DNA of 62,657 bases, filler included, from Actinomycetota bacterium (GTDB lineage: Bacteria > Actinomycetota > Actinomycetes > JAKEEW01): assembly GCA_046725875.1 (NCBI GenBank). It is 5 parts of 5 records of this genome, joined end to end, with 100 filler letters (N's around TTAATTAATTAA, not from the genome) between each part and the next. Parts side by side here need not be neighbours in the genome. Positions count along the whole stretch, not along the records: positions 1 to 28,535 come from JBKOZJ010000165.1; 4 more parts are not named here. One strand, given 5' to 3'. The position numbers were made by a program, and so were the translations under genes. The notes beneath the pieces are model-generated. The model was not told where the DNA came from and ran no database searches. It worked only from the letters and a program-made list of their open reading frames with translations. Shown piece by piece: positions 10,407-19,927 of the stretch (positions within the stretch are counted from its first letter, which is position 1; each line of letters begins with the position of its first letter).

Positions 10407-10612
10407 GGTTCCCCCTGGAACTAGTGACGATGAGCACAGCGAAAACTCAAACCCGGCCCACTTGCTGTTACGGACGCCTCACACCTCGAAGTCGTTTCAC
10501 ATTACTGCCGATGATCGTCCGGGTCATGGACGCAGTACCGCGCTTTGCGCCTAGTAGGGCCCTGTCAAGCGGCGCGCTTTACAGGCAATACCGGTCGGTA
10601 ATCACTGGGCGT

Positions 10613-11454
10613 ATGACAGACACACAGCAGAGTTCACGTACAACCGTTCTGGTTCTTGGCGGTACCGGCAAGACCGGCCGCCGGATCGTGGAGCGTCTGA
10701 GCGAGCAGGGCGTGCCGGTGCGGGTCGGCTCCCCCCGCGGCGAGCCGCCATTCGACTGGGAGGACAGCAGCACCTGGCCCGCCGTGCTCGAGGGAGTCGA
10801 CGCGGCGTACATCGCCTACTACCCGGACCTTGCGGTGCCCGGATCGGCCCACACCGTGGGTGCACTCGCCGCCCTGGCGGCTCCGCGCGGTGTCCGCCGG
10901 CTGGTCCTGCTTTCCGGCCGAGGCGAGGAGGAAGCGCAGCGGACTGAACAGCTGGTGCGGGATGCTGGCACAGAGTGGACGATCTTGAGATCGAGCTGGA
11001 TGTACCAGAACTTCAGCGAGGGCTATCTGGTCGACAGCGTCGTCTCCAGTGAGATCTCGCTACCGGTCGACCAAACGCCCGAGCCGTTTGTTGACGCCGA
11101 CGACATCGCCGATGTCGCCGTAGCGGCGTTGACCGAGCCCCGGCACGCCGGCCAGCTCTACGAGCTGACCGGTCCTCGACTGCTGACCTTTGCCGATGCC
11201 GCGGAGGACATCATGACGCCTCTGCGCGCAAGGTCGCCGTCCGCCCGGTGTCGATGCCCGAGTTCGCAACGCAGCTGATCGAAGCAGGAGTGCCGGAGGA
11301 CTTCAGCTGGCTGCTGAAGTACCTGTCCACGACGGTCCTGGACCGCCGGAATGCACGCCTGACCAACGGCGTCCAACGGGCCCTGGGCCGGCAGCCCAAA
11401 GACTTCGCAGACTACGCGCGAGAGACTGCCGCCACTGGCATCTGCAGCGCATAG
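10613..11454 (+). pseudogene. NmrA/NAD(P)H-binding Rossmann protein with one frameshift near 11217
   Basis: VLGGTGKTG, FDWED, FVDADDIADV, YELTGP in one frame; the expected C-terminus (..RPVSMPEFA..GVQRALGRQPKDFADYAR) continues in another frame. Could be a sequencing error. Confidence 0.75.
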
Positions 11455-11515
11455 GGGACGGTAGTGATTCGGCCAAGTTGTCCGGCACCGCTGATTCTCG
11501 GCAGATCACCGACGT

Positions 11516-12919
11516 TCAGTCGACCAGCCGGGCGACGTGGCGCATCTTGTTCATCGCATCGAGCGCGGCGACCTTATAAGACTCGGCGAGTGTCGGGTAG
11601 TTGAAGACGGCGTCAACCAGGTAATCGACGGTCCCGCCGCAGCCCATCACGGTCTGGCCGATATGGACCAACTCGGTCGCGCCGGTTCCGAAGACATGCA
11701 CGCCGAGCAGGGAGTGATCGGCGGGCGACACAAGGAGCTTGAGCATGCCATAGGAGTCGCCGATGATCTGACCGCGCGCGAGCTCCCGGTAGCGGGACAC
11801 ACCGACCTCGAACGGGACTCGGGCCTCAGTGAGCTGGTCTTCGGTCCGACCGATGAAGCTGATCTCGGGGATCGCATAGATTCCGATCGGCTGGAGCTCG
11901 TCCATCGCGTGCGCCTCCTCGCCGCACGCATGGTGCGCGGCCAGCCGGCCCTGCTCCATCGATGTGGCAGCCAGGGCTGGGAAGCCGATGACGTCGCCAA
12001 CCGCGTAGATATTCGGCACCACAGTGCGAAAGTATTCGTCGACGCGGATCCGGCCCCGCTCGTCCGCGCCGAGGCCGGCCCGCTCCAGCTGGAGCTCTTC
12101 GGTCATCCCCTGCCGTCCGGCGGAATACATGACGGTCTCGGCCGGGATCTTCTTGCCGCTCTCGAGTACGGTGATCGTCCCCGCGGCGTGGCGCTCCACA
12201 GCCGCGACCGTCTCGCCGAACCGGAAGGTAACTGCAAGGTCCCGCAAGTGATACTTCAGTGCCTCGACGACCTCGAGATCGCAGAACTCGAGCATCCGGT
12301 CACGCCGCTCCACCACCGTCACCTTCGTGCCCAGTGCCGCGAACATCGAGGCGTACTCGATTCCGATCACGCCGGCGCCAACGACCACCATCGACCGCGG
12401 GATTTCCTCCATCTGCAGGATCCCATCGGAGTCGATGATGGTGCGTTCGTCGAAGTCCACCGTCTCCGGCCGCGCCGGGCGGGTTCCGGTGGCGATGATG
12501 ACTTTCGCCGCAGTGACCTTGGTGCTTAGGGCGCCGTCTCGGGTCACCTCGACCACGTGCGGATCGAGGAAGCGGCCGGTGCCGGTCAACAGCGCGACGC
12601 GGTTGCGCGACAGCTGGCTGCGCACCACGTCGATCTCGCGCCCGACCACGTGCTGCGTCCGAATGCCGAGATCGGCGACGGTGATGTCCTCCTTCACCCG
12701 GTAGGCCTGGCCGTACATCTCGCGCTGACTGGATCCGGTCAGATAGAGCACTGCCTCCCGGAGCGTCTTCGATGGAATCGTGCCGGTGTTGATGCAAACG
12801 CCACCGACCATGTCCCGTCGTTCGACGATGGCGGCCCGCCGCCCGAGCTTCGAGGTAGCGATGGCTGCCTTCTGCCCGCCGGGGCCTGATCCGATTACCA
12901 GAACATCGAAGTCGTGCAC
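11516..12919 (-). CDS. sthA: Si-specific soluble NAD(P)+ transhydrogenase
   Basis: [19 protein letters not shown] (CxxxxT instead of a redox disulfide), [17 protein letters not shown]. Confidence 0.93.
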   Translation of the reverse strand: MHDFDVLVIGSGPGGQKAAIATSKLGRRAAIVERRDMVGGVCINTGTIPSKTLREAVLYLTGSSQREMYGQAYRVKEDITVADLGIRTQHVVGREIDVVRSQLSRNRVALLTGTGRFLDPHVVEVTRDGALSTKVTAAKVIIATGTRPARPETVDFDERTIIDSDGILQMEEIPRSMVVVGAGVIGIEYASMFAALGTKVTVVERRDRMLEFCDLEVVEALKYHLRDLAVTFRFGETVAAVERHAAGTITVLESGKKIPAETVMYSAGRQGMTEELQLERAGLGADERGRIRVDEYFRTVVPNIYAVGDVIGFPALAATSMEQGRLAAHHACGEEAHAMDELQPIGIYAIPEISFIGRTEDQLTEARVPFEVGVSRYRELARGQIIGDSYGMLKLLVSPADHSLLGVHVFGTGATELVHIGQTVMGCGGTVDYLVDAVFNYPTLAESYKVAALDAMNKMRHVARLVD

Positions 12920-13077
12920 GCCACCAGTTTGACCGCGAGCGCGTCGCGAGTCGATGCAGCTGAGGGTACGGCCATGCCGCCAGGTGCGGCCTTTCGGGGC
13001 GAAGCCGAAGGTGCGACGCTGGCTATCTGGCGCCCGGTGGCGCCGTGGTTGCGGAGTAGATCAAGGAGTCGTGACCC

Positions 13078-13938
13078 ATGTCGGAGCTGTCCGCGCATGC
13101 CGGAATGGCCGGGACGATCGATGTTGGCGGTGATCTGACGGTCAACCGCCTCGGCTTTGGCGCGATGCGGATCACCGGTGCGGCTATCTTGGGTCCGCCC
13201 GCCGACCGCAACGAGGCAATGGCGGTGTTGCGCCGGGCGATCGAGGTCGGCGTCAACTTCATCGACACTGCCGACTCCTACGGGCCACACGTCAGCGAGG
13301 AACTCATCGGCGAGGCCCTCTATCCCTACCCAGACGACCTCGTCATCGCGACCAAAGGTGGCCTCGAGCGCACCCGTCGCGGGCAGTGGCCCGCCAACGG
13401 CCGGCCAGAGCACCTGATCGAGGCATGCGAGGGAAGCCTGCAACGGCTGAAGCTCGACCAGATCCCGCTCTACCAGCTCCATCGGCCCGACCCTAGGGTG
13501 CCGCTGGAGGACTCGATCGGGGCACTCGTCATGCTCAAGCAGCAGGGCAAGATCCGGCACATCGGGCTGTCCAACGTGAACGAGGAGCAGCTCCGGCTGG
13601 CACAGCGACTCACCCCGATCGTGTCGATCCAGAACCGCTACAACTTCGACGACCGCCGGTCCGAGCCACTCGTCGACCTCTGCGAGCAGGAGCAGATGGT
13701 CTTCCTTCCCTGGGCTCCGATTCAGGATCTCGAGGGCAACCGACTAGTGCAGGAGCTGTCGCAACACCATGACGCGACACCGCGACAGATCGTGCTCGCC
13801 TGGCTGTTGGCCCGGTCGCCGTCGATCCTGCCGATCCCGGGTACCGGATCGGTGTCACACCTCGATGAGAACGTCGCCGCTGCGGCGATCAAGCTGACTC
13901 CGGCCGAGATCGCCGCTGTGACGGACAAGAGCGGCTGA
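13078..13938 (+). CDS. Aldo/keto reductase
   Basis: LGFGAMR, IDTADSYG, IATKGG, YQLHRPD, IGLSN, PIPGT. Confidence 0.92.
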   Translation: MSELSAHAGMAGTIDVGGDLTVNRLGFGAMRITGAAILGPPADRNEAMAVLRRAIEVGVNFIDTADSYGPHVSEELIGEALYPYPDDLVIATKGGLERTRRGQWPANGRPEHLIEACEGSLQRLKLDQIPLYQLHRPDPRVPLEDSIGALVMLKQQGKIRHIGLSNVNEEQLRLAQRLTPIVSIQNRYNFDDRRSEPLVDLCEQEQMVFLPWAPIQDLEGNRLVQELSQHHDATPRQIVLAWLLARSPSILPIPGTGSVSHLDENVAAAAIKLTPAEIAAVTDKSG

Positions 13939-13973
13939 GGTGTGCCAGCGGGATTTACGACGGCAACCCCTGA

Positions 13974-14306
13974 TCAAGCGGCCAGTGCGCGGAGGGTGCG
14001 TCGATCTCCCTTAACGGGAGGTCCTACCAGCACCGAAACCGACGCGAGATCGCGCTGATCGGGGCGCGAGTAAAGCTCTTCAACCACCTGCCGGGCCAAG
14101 CGCATGCGGGTGGCCGCGGTCTCCGGTCGCTCCCCGTAGGCGGCGGCGACCTCGGCGCTGCAGCCGCGCACGCCACTGTGAGTAGAAACCGCGCGACGGA
14201 TGGCCGCATCGACCTGCTCGGGCGTCGGTCGGACACCGGCGGACAGGTCGCTGCTGAACAGCGCGGCCGCGCGGCCGACAATAAGCATGTCCCTCGAGCG
14301 ACTCAT
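13974..14306 (-). CDS. Conserved actinobacterial hypothetical protein
   Basis: RAAALFSSDLS..AAIRRAV..GVRGCSAEVAAAYGERPETAATRMR resembles a small actinomycete family; GAGAAGGG upstream. Confidence 0.55.
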   Translation of the reverse strand: MSRSRDMLIVGRAAALFSSDLSAGVRPTPEQVDAAIRRAVSTHSGVRGCSAEVAAAYGERPETAATRMRLARQVVEELYSRPDQRDLASVSVLVGPPVKGDRRTLRALAA

Positions 14307-14421
14307 CTTGTCGCGCCCTTCTCGCTAGCAGGACTGCTCCCGTCGTAGCCTCGCCCTGCGGCAGTGGTCTTGTGGTTGTGGCCAGCGCAGGTCCACTTTC
14401 GCTGCCGGCTGGAATCCTGTC

Positions 14422-14706
14422 CTACCTCGTGGCGGGAACGCCCGCCCGCTGCAGCCGTTTGGCCCTGACGATGTCGGGGTCGCGCGGATCGAGCGGCAAT
14501 GTGTCGAGCAGTGCGGCGCTTTGCCGCCGCATCTCCTCCGTGCAGCCTCGCTTCTTGACTCGAACCTGGCGCACCGCGCACCTCCCGAAGCCGAGTGGTC
14601 GCCACTTGGCACTCAGCCTCGCGGAGAAGAGCCTGCTGGGCATCACGGCCAGCGCCCGTTTCTCTGGGCACGGCAGCCGGAATGCGCGTCCTCCTGCTAG
14701 CTGCAC
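14422..14706 (-). CDS. Possible small hypothetical protein (LPLDPRDPDIVRAK C-terminus)
   Basis: Only the C-terminal motif looks protein-like; start uncertain. Confidence 0.3.
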   Translation of the reverse strand: MQLAGGRAFRLPCPEKRALAVMPSRLFSARLSAKWRPLGFGRCAVRQVRVKKRGCTEEMRRQSAALLDTLPLDPRDPDIVRAKRLQRAGVPATR

Positions 14707-14956
14707 GCGGCCGGTCGCTCACCGAAGCCGCCGGCCGCCCCGACCATCCCCGCAAGCAGGTCGGGCGGCCTCGGGGCCGGCATCCATCCTGGCTGCCGGC
14801 CTCCTGGAGTCCAGGGATTGCCCGCGGGGCGGTTTCACCCCGCCAGGACGATGGCCCTGGCGCCAGTAAGGGCGGACCATCCCCGTATGAGGCCCGATGG
14901 CCGGTGCATCGCAAGATCGCGGCCGCGGCTAAGCGGGCCGATAGGAGGTAGCCACC

Positions 14957-16330
14957 GTGACCCACGAGACGAACCAGACCGGAGACGAAAGGGACCAAGC
15001 CGAGCTGGAGCGACTGCGGGCGGAGGTGGCACGTCTACGGGGCGCATCCAACAGCGGGCCAAAAACAGCCCGAGATCGCCCGCGGCGGCGGTGGGGACGC
15101 GGGGTTGCCGCCACGGTGCTTATCGTGATCGCCTGCGCCCTTGCCCCACTGTCCGTGATCTCGGTGTGGGCTCGGGGCGAAGTAACCGACACCGACCGAT
15201 ACGTGGACACACTGGCGCCGCTTGCCCGCGATCCTGGGGTACAGGAGGCGATGGCCACCAACATCACCAACACGGTCTTCCGGTACATCGACATCGAGGG
15301 CCTGACCCAGCGGGCGTTCTCCGTGCTCGCGGATCGGGGATCCCTGCCACCCGATATCGCCACGCAGCTCGAGGCGCTGGCCGTTCCGGTGGCCAGCGGG
15401 GTCCGCTCGTTTGTGGAGGACCAGGTACGTGCGGTGGTACAGAGCCAGGCTTTCGCCGAAGCCTGGGACCAGGCCAACCGTGCCGCCCATGGCCAGCTCG
15501 TGGCGGCGCTGACGGGCGAGACACGCGGGGGCATCTCCATCGAGGAGGGCAAGGTCACGCTGGATGTCGCCGCCTTTCTCCAGGTTGTCAAGCAGCAGCT
15601 GGTGGCCAGTGGCTTCCAACTCGCCAGTCGTATCCCCCAGGTGAACTCCACGTTCGTGGTCTTCGAGTCAGAGGACGTCGGCAAGGTGCAGCGCGGATTC
15701 GACCTCCTGGACAAGATCGGTTTCTGGATGCCGTTTATCGTGGTGGCGCTGGCGGCGCTGGGAATCTACCTGGCGCCCAATCACCGGCTCGCCTTCATCG
15801 GTGTGGGCCTGGGCGCGGCTCTCGCAATGCTCCTGGTTGGAGCGGCGCTCGCGTTGATACGTCGTAGATACCTCGATGGGATACCGCCGGACCTATTGCC
15901 AGAAGCCACCGCAGCCACGATCTACGACACCTTCGTCCGCTTTCTGCGCGAGGCAGTCCGTGCCGGTTTCTGGGTCGGTCTCCTGTTCGCGGTCGGGGCG
16001 TTCCTGACCGGCCCCTCGGTCACCGCGGTGACCATCCGCCGCTGGCTGGTCACCGGGCTCGCCTGGGCCAAGGGCGGACTGGCCGCAGCCGGCCTCAGGA
16101 TGGACGGGGTCACCCGGTGGGTCGCGCCCCGCGCGCGGATCTTCCGGATCCTCACGGTCGTGGCTGCGTTCCTAGTGTTGCTGCTGGAGCGCTATCGGAC
16201 GCCGGAACTGGTCGGCTGGACCACTCTCGGCGTGATCCTTGCCCTGGCCCTCATCGAGCTCTTGGCGGTCGAACCGAAACCCTGGCGACGAGCACCGGCC
16301 GCCGTGGCCCCGGTGCCGGCCGAGGGGTGA
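14957..16330 (+). CDS. Integral membrane protein of unknown function
   Basis: GTG with AGGAGG RBS; N-terminal TM helix, large soluble loop and about five C-terminal hydrophobic segments. Confidence 0.8.
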   Translation: MTHETNQTGDERDQAELERLRAEVARLRGASNSGPKTARDRPRRRWGRGVAATVLIVIACALAPLSVISVWARGEVTDTDRYVDTLAPLARDPGVQEAMATNITNTVFRYIDIEGLTQRAFSVLADRGSLPPDIATQLEALAVPVASGVRSFVEDQVRAVVQSQAFAEAWDQANRAAHGQLVAALTGETRGGISIEEGKVTLDVAAFLQVVKQQLVASGFQLASRIPQVNSTFVVFESEDVGKVQRGFDLLDKIGFWMPFIVVALAALGIYLAPNHRLAFIGVGLGAALAMLLVGAALALIRRRYLDGIPPDLLPEATAATIYDTFVRFLREAVRAGFWVGLLFAVGAFLTGPSVTAVTIRRWLVTGLAWAKGGLAAAGLRMDGVTRWVAPRARIFRILTVVAAFLVLLLERYRTPELVGWTTLGVILALALIELLAVEPKPWRRAPAAVAPVPAEG

Positions 16331-16408
16331 CCCGAGCTGTCGCGTACGTGGCGCGGGCTCCCCACGGGTTTGGCACCCGCCCGTCATTGGAAGTCGCGGT
16401 GCGCTCTC

Positions 16409-19400
16409 TCAGTGGAAGTCGCGGGACATGGCCTTGATGGTCAGCGGCAGCCGGGAGATGTGCTCCGCGACCACGTTGGTAACGCCGTCGGCGGCCTCCA
16501 GGCGTCCTCTGATCAGCAGCGCCGCGGCCGTTCTGGCAACCCGGGCGTGGCGAATCCAGATCGGGTACGAGCAGATCACGTTGATCATCCCGGTCTCGTC
16601 CTCCAGGTTGAGGAACGTCGTCCCGCCCGCGGTGGCCGGGCGCTGCCGATGGGTCACCACCCCTGCCACCACCACCGGGCGACCGTTGCCGACAGCCGGC
16701 AGCGAGCGAGCAGGCACGATCCCCTGCTCCTCCAGGGCCGCCCGGATGTGCTGCATCGGGTGGCTGTCGGGGGACACGCCGGCGGCATGCAGATCGGCCA
16801 TGGTCTGCTCATACGGGGTCATCTTCGGTAGCGGCGGCGGGCTCAGGTCTGCGTACAAACCTGGCAGCTGCCCGGCCCGCTCGGTCGCCACCTGCCCAGC
16901 CACCCACAGCGCCTCTCGGCGGGACAGCCCAAAGCCGGCGAATGCGCCCGCCGTGGCGAGCGCCTCCACCTGCGGTGTGGTGAGCTCGCAACGGCGGACC
17001 AGGTCGGCCATGTCGGAGTAGGGCTGGCCGGCCGCGATCCGCTCGGCCAAATCGTCGCCGATGGTCCGTACCGAGGAGAGCCCGAGACGGACGGCGAATC
17101 CCGCATCTCGCCGGTGCGCCTGGTGGTCGAAACCGTCGGTGTCCGGCGACCACGGCTCGGTGGATTCGGTGAGCTCCCACATGGTTAGGCAGTCCAGCTG
17201 GGGCGGTCCCACCGACGTGTCACCCCCGAGCGGTTCGAGGGTCGCATCGGCCGCCGACCGGTTGACGTCGACGTGGCGCACCTCTACCCCGTGCCGAACC
17301 GCGTCAGCCACCAGCGACTGCGGCGAGTAAAAACCCATCGGCTGCGCCTTGAGCAGCGCCGCCAGGAATGCGGCGGGATAGTGCAGCTTGAGCCAGGAGC
17401 TTGCGTAAACCAGCAGCGCGAAGCTCAGCGAGTGGCTTTCCGCGAAGCCGAAGTTCGCGAACGCCGCGATCTTGTCGTAGATCTCGTCCGCCAGCTCCCC
17501 GGTGATGCCGTTGCGTGCCATCCCCTCATACAGCTTCGCCCGGAGCCGCTCGATCTTCTCCTCGCCGCGCTTTGATCCCATGGCCCGGCGCAGCAGGTCC
17601 GCGTCGTCCCCAGTACACCCGCCCGCCGCGACCGCGATCTGCATGAGCTGCTCTTGGAAGAGCGGCACGCCGAGGGTGCGCTCCAGGATCGGTTCGAGCA
17701 GCTCGTGCGAGTAGGTGATCGGCTCCCGGCCGTTCTTGCGCCGGATGTACGGATGAACCGCGCCGCCCTGGATGGGACCGGGTCGGATCAGTGCGATCTC
17801 GATGACGAGGTCGTAGAACGTGCGAGGCCGCAGCCGAGGCAGGGTCGCCATCTGAGCCCGGCTTTCCACCTGGAAGACACCGACCGAGTCGGCCCGACAG
17901 AGCATGTCGTAGACCGCCGTCTCCTCCTTGGGTATCGAGGACAGGTCATCGATGGCGTCACCGCAGAAGTCGCGAACGAACTCCAGTGCGTAGCGGAGGG
18001 CGGAAAGCATGCCGAGCCCCAGCAGGTCGAATTTGACCAGCTTCATCGCCGCGCAGTCGTCCTTGTCCCACTGCAGGACCGAGCGCTTCTCCATCCGTGC
18101 CCATTCGATCGGGCACACCTCGCCCACGGGACGGTCGGTGAGGACCATCCCGCCGGAGTGGATGCCCAGGTGCCGGGGGAAGGTCAGCACTTGCTCGGCA
18201 AGTCCGATGACATGCGGCGGGATGTCGTCCCTGGACCGTTGGGACGAATCGTCGGCACCTTTTTCAACAGCGCCGTTTTCGCCGGCGCCGCCGGTGCCGC
18301 TTTCGCGAGCACTGGCGACGCTGGCGACGGTTCCCCACGAGTCGACCTGCTTGGACCAGGCGTCCTGCTGGCCGGGCGAGTAGCCAAGGGACTTGGCCAT
18401 GTCCCGAATCGCCATGCGCGGGCGGTACGAGATGACGTTGCATACCTGCGCGACCCGATCCCGGCCATACTTGTCGTAGACGTACTGGATGACGTCCTCG
18501 CGGCGGCCGGACTCGATGTCCACGTCGATGTCCGGCTCCTCCTCCCTGGTGGTTGCGATGAAGCGCTCGAACGGCAGTTTGTAGTGGACCGCATCCACAG
18601 CGGTGATGCCGAGGGCGTAGCACACCGCGGAATTCGCCGCCGAGCCACGCCCCTGGCAGAGGATGCCCTTGTCGCGGCAGAACTTCACGATGTCCCACAC
18701 GATGAGGAAGTAACCGGGGAAATCCTTCTCGGCGATGATCTGCAGCTCACGGTCGAGCCGGCCATACACCTCCGGCCGGTGCTCGCGCGGGCCGTACCGG
18801 TTTCGCGCCTCCTCGTACACCAGCGCGCGCAGCCACTCCGCGTCGGTCGCGTGCTCCGGGGGCCGGTCGAGCTTGGGCAGCCGCGGTGATGCCTTGGTGA
18901 GCGGGAAGGCGAGCTCGGCGGCGAGGTCAAGCGAGCGGGCGACCGCGCCGGGGAAGCGGGCGAACCGGGCCGCCATCTCCACACCCGACCGTAGATGAGC
19001 AGTGCCCGCCGCGGGCAGCCACCCGTCGAGCTCGTCGAGACTGCTCCGGGCCCGTACCGCGGCGATCGCGGTGGCTAGCAAGCGCTGCCGCGGTGTTGCG
19101 TAGTGGACGTTGTTCGTGGCCACCACCGGCAGATCCGTGGCGGCGGCAAGCTCCGCGAGGGCGTCGTTGCGCTCGCTGTCCAGCGGATCGCCGTGGTCCC
19201 ACAACTCGACCGCGACGTTGTCCCGACCGAACAACGCGGTCAGCCGGTCGAGCTCTTCGGCTGCTGCCGCCCGGCCGTCGTGGGTGAGGGCGGCCGACAC
19301 TGCACCCTTGCGGCAGCCGGTGAGGATCAGCCACTCCCCGCCGGCCCGCTCGGCGAGCCGCTCGAGTTCGTAGACCGGCTTCCCCTTTTCCCGTCCGGCA

Positions 19401-19906
19401 AGCTGGGCCTCGGTGAGCGCGGCGGCCAGCCGGTGATATCCCGGCTCCTGCCGAGCGAGCACGAGGAGATGCCGGCCCTCGGGGTCGGGCTCGCCGTTTT
19501 GCGGCTTGGTGAGCTCGAGGGAGAGCTCCGCGCCGTAGACGGTCTGGATGTCATATGCCGCGGCGGCCTCCGCCAGCCGCACGATGCCATACAGCCCGTC
19601 GTGGTCGGTGAGCGCGAGCGCGGTGAGCCCGAGCCGGACCGCCTCCTCGACAAGCTCTTCCGGATGGCTCGCCCCGTCGAGAAAGCTGAAGTTGGAATGG
19701 CAGTGCAGCTCGGCATAGGGAACCACCGGCTCGGCCGGCGGTTGCGGCCGCTCTCGCTCCGGCGGGTCATATGCCCCCCGGCGGCGCGACCAGGCCGGCG
19801 AGTCGCCGCCGTCGCCATCGCCCGGCGGCCCGGGCGGTGGGCGCCGCCCGGAGAGGCGGCGCTCCAGTTCCGTCCACGGCATCGCCGGGTTGTTCCACCC
19901 CATCAC
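16409..19906 (-). CDS. dnaE2: Error-prone DNA polymerase DnaE2 (ImuC)
   Basis: PHP motif ELHCHSNFSFLDGAS, GRGSAANS, PDIDVD, KFDLLGLG, C-terminal SRDFH; downstream of imuA/imuB. Confidence 0.96.
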   Translation of the reverse strand: MMGWNNPAMPWTELERRLSGRRPPPGPPGDGDGGDSPAWSRRRGAYDPPERERPQPPAEPVVPYAELHCHSNFSFLDGASHPEELVEEAVRLGLTALALTDHDGLYGIVRLAEAAAAYDIQTVYGAELSLELTKPQNGEPDPEGRHLLVLARQEPGYHRLAAALTEAQLAGREKGKPVYELERLAERAGGEWLILTGCRKGAVSAALTHDGRAAAAEELDRLTALFGRDNVAVELWDHGDPLDSERNDALAELAAATDLPVVATNNVHYATPRQRLLATAIAAVRARSSLDELDGWLPAAGTAHLRSGVEMAARFARFPGAVARSLDLAAELAFPLTKASPRLPKLDRPPEHATDAEWLRALVYEEARNRYGPREHRPEVYGRLDRELQIIAEKDFPGYFLIVWDIVKFCRDKGILCQGRGSAANSAVCYALGITAVDAVHYKLPFERFIATTREEEPDIDVDIESGRREDVIQYVYDKYGRDRVAQVCNVISYRPRMAIRDMAKSLGYSPGQQDAWSKQVDSWGTVASVASARESGTGGAGENGAVEKGADDSSQRSRDDIPPHVIGLAEQVLTFPRHLGIHSGGMVLTDRPVGEVCPIEWARMEKRSVLQWDKDDCAAMKLVKFDLLGLGMLSALRYALEFVRDFCGDAIDDLSSIPKEETAVYDMLCRADSVGVFQVESRAQMATLPRLRPRTFYDLVIEIALIRPGPIQGGAVHPYIRRKNGREPITYSHELLEPILERTLGVPLFQEQLMQIAVAAGGCTGDDADLLRRAMGSKRGEEKIERLRAKLYEGMARNGITGELADEIYDKIAAFANFGFAESHSLSFALLVYASSWLKLHYPAAFLAALLKAQPMGFYSPQSLVADAVRHGVEVRHVDVNRSAADATLEPLGGDTSVGPPQLDCLTMWELTESTEPWSPDTDGFDHQAHRRDAGFAVRLGLSSVRTIGDDLAERIAAGQPYSDMADLVRRCELTTPQVEALATAGAFAGFGLSRREALWVAGQVATERAGQLPGLYADLSPPPLPKMTPYEQTMADLHAAGVSPDSHPMQHIRAALEEQGIVPARSLPAVGNGRPVVVAGVVTHRQRPATAGGTTFLNLEDETGMINVICSYPIWIRHARVARTAAALLIRGRLEAADGVTNVVAEHISRLPLTIKAMSRDFH

Positions 19907-19927
19907 GACCCCCTGCTTTAGTGCCCG

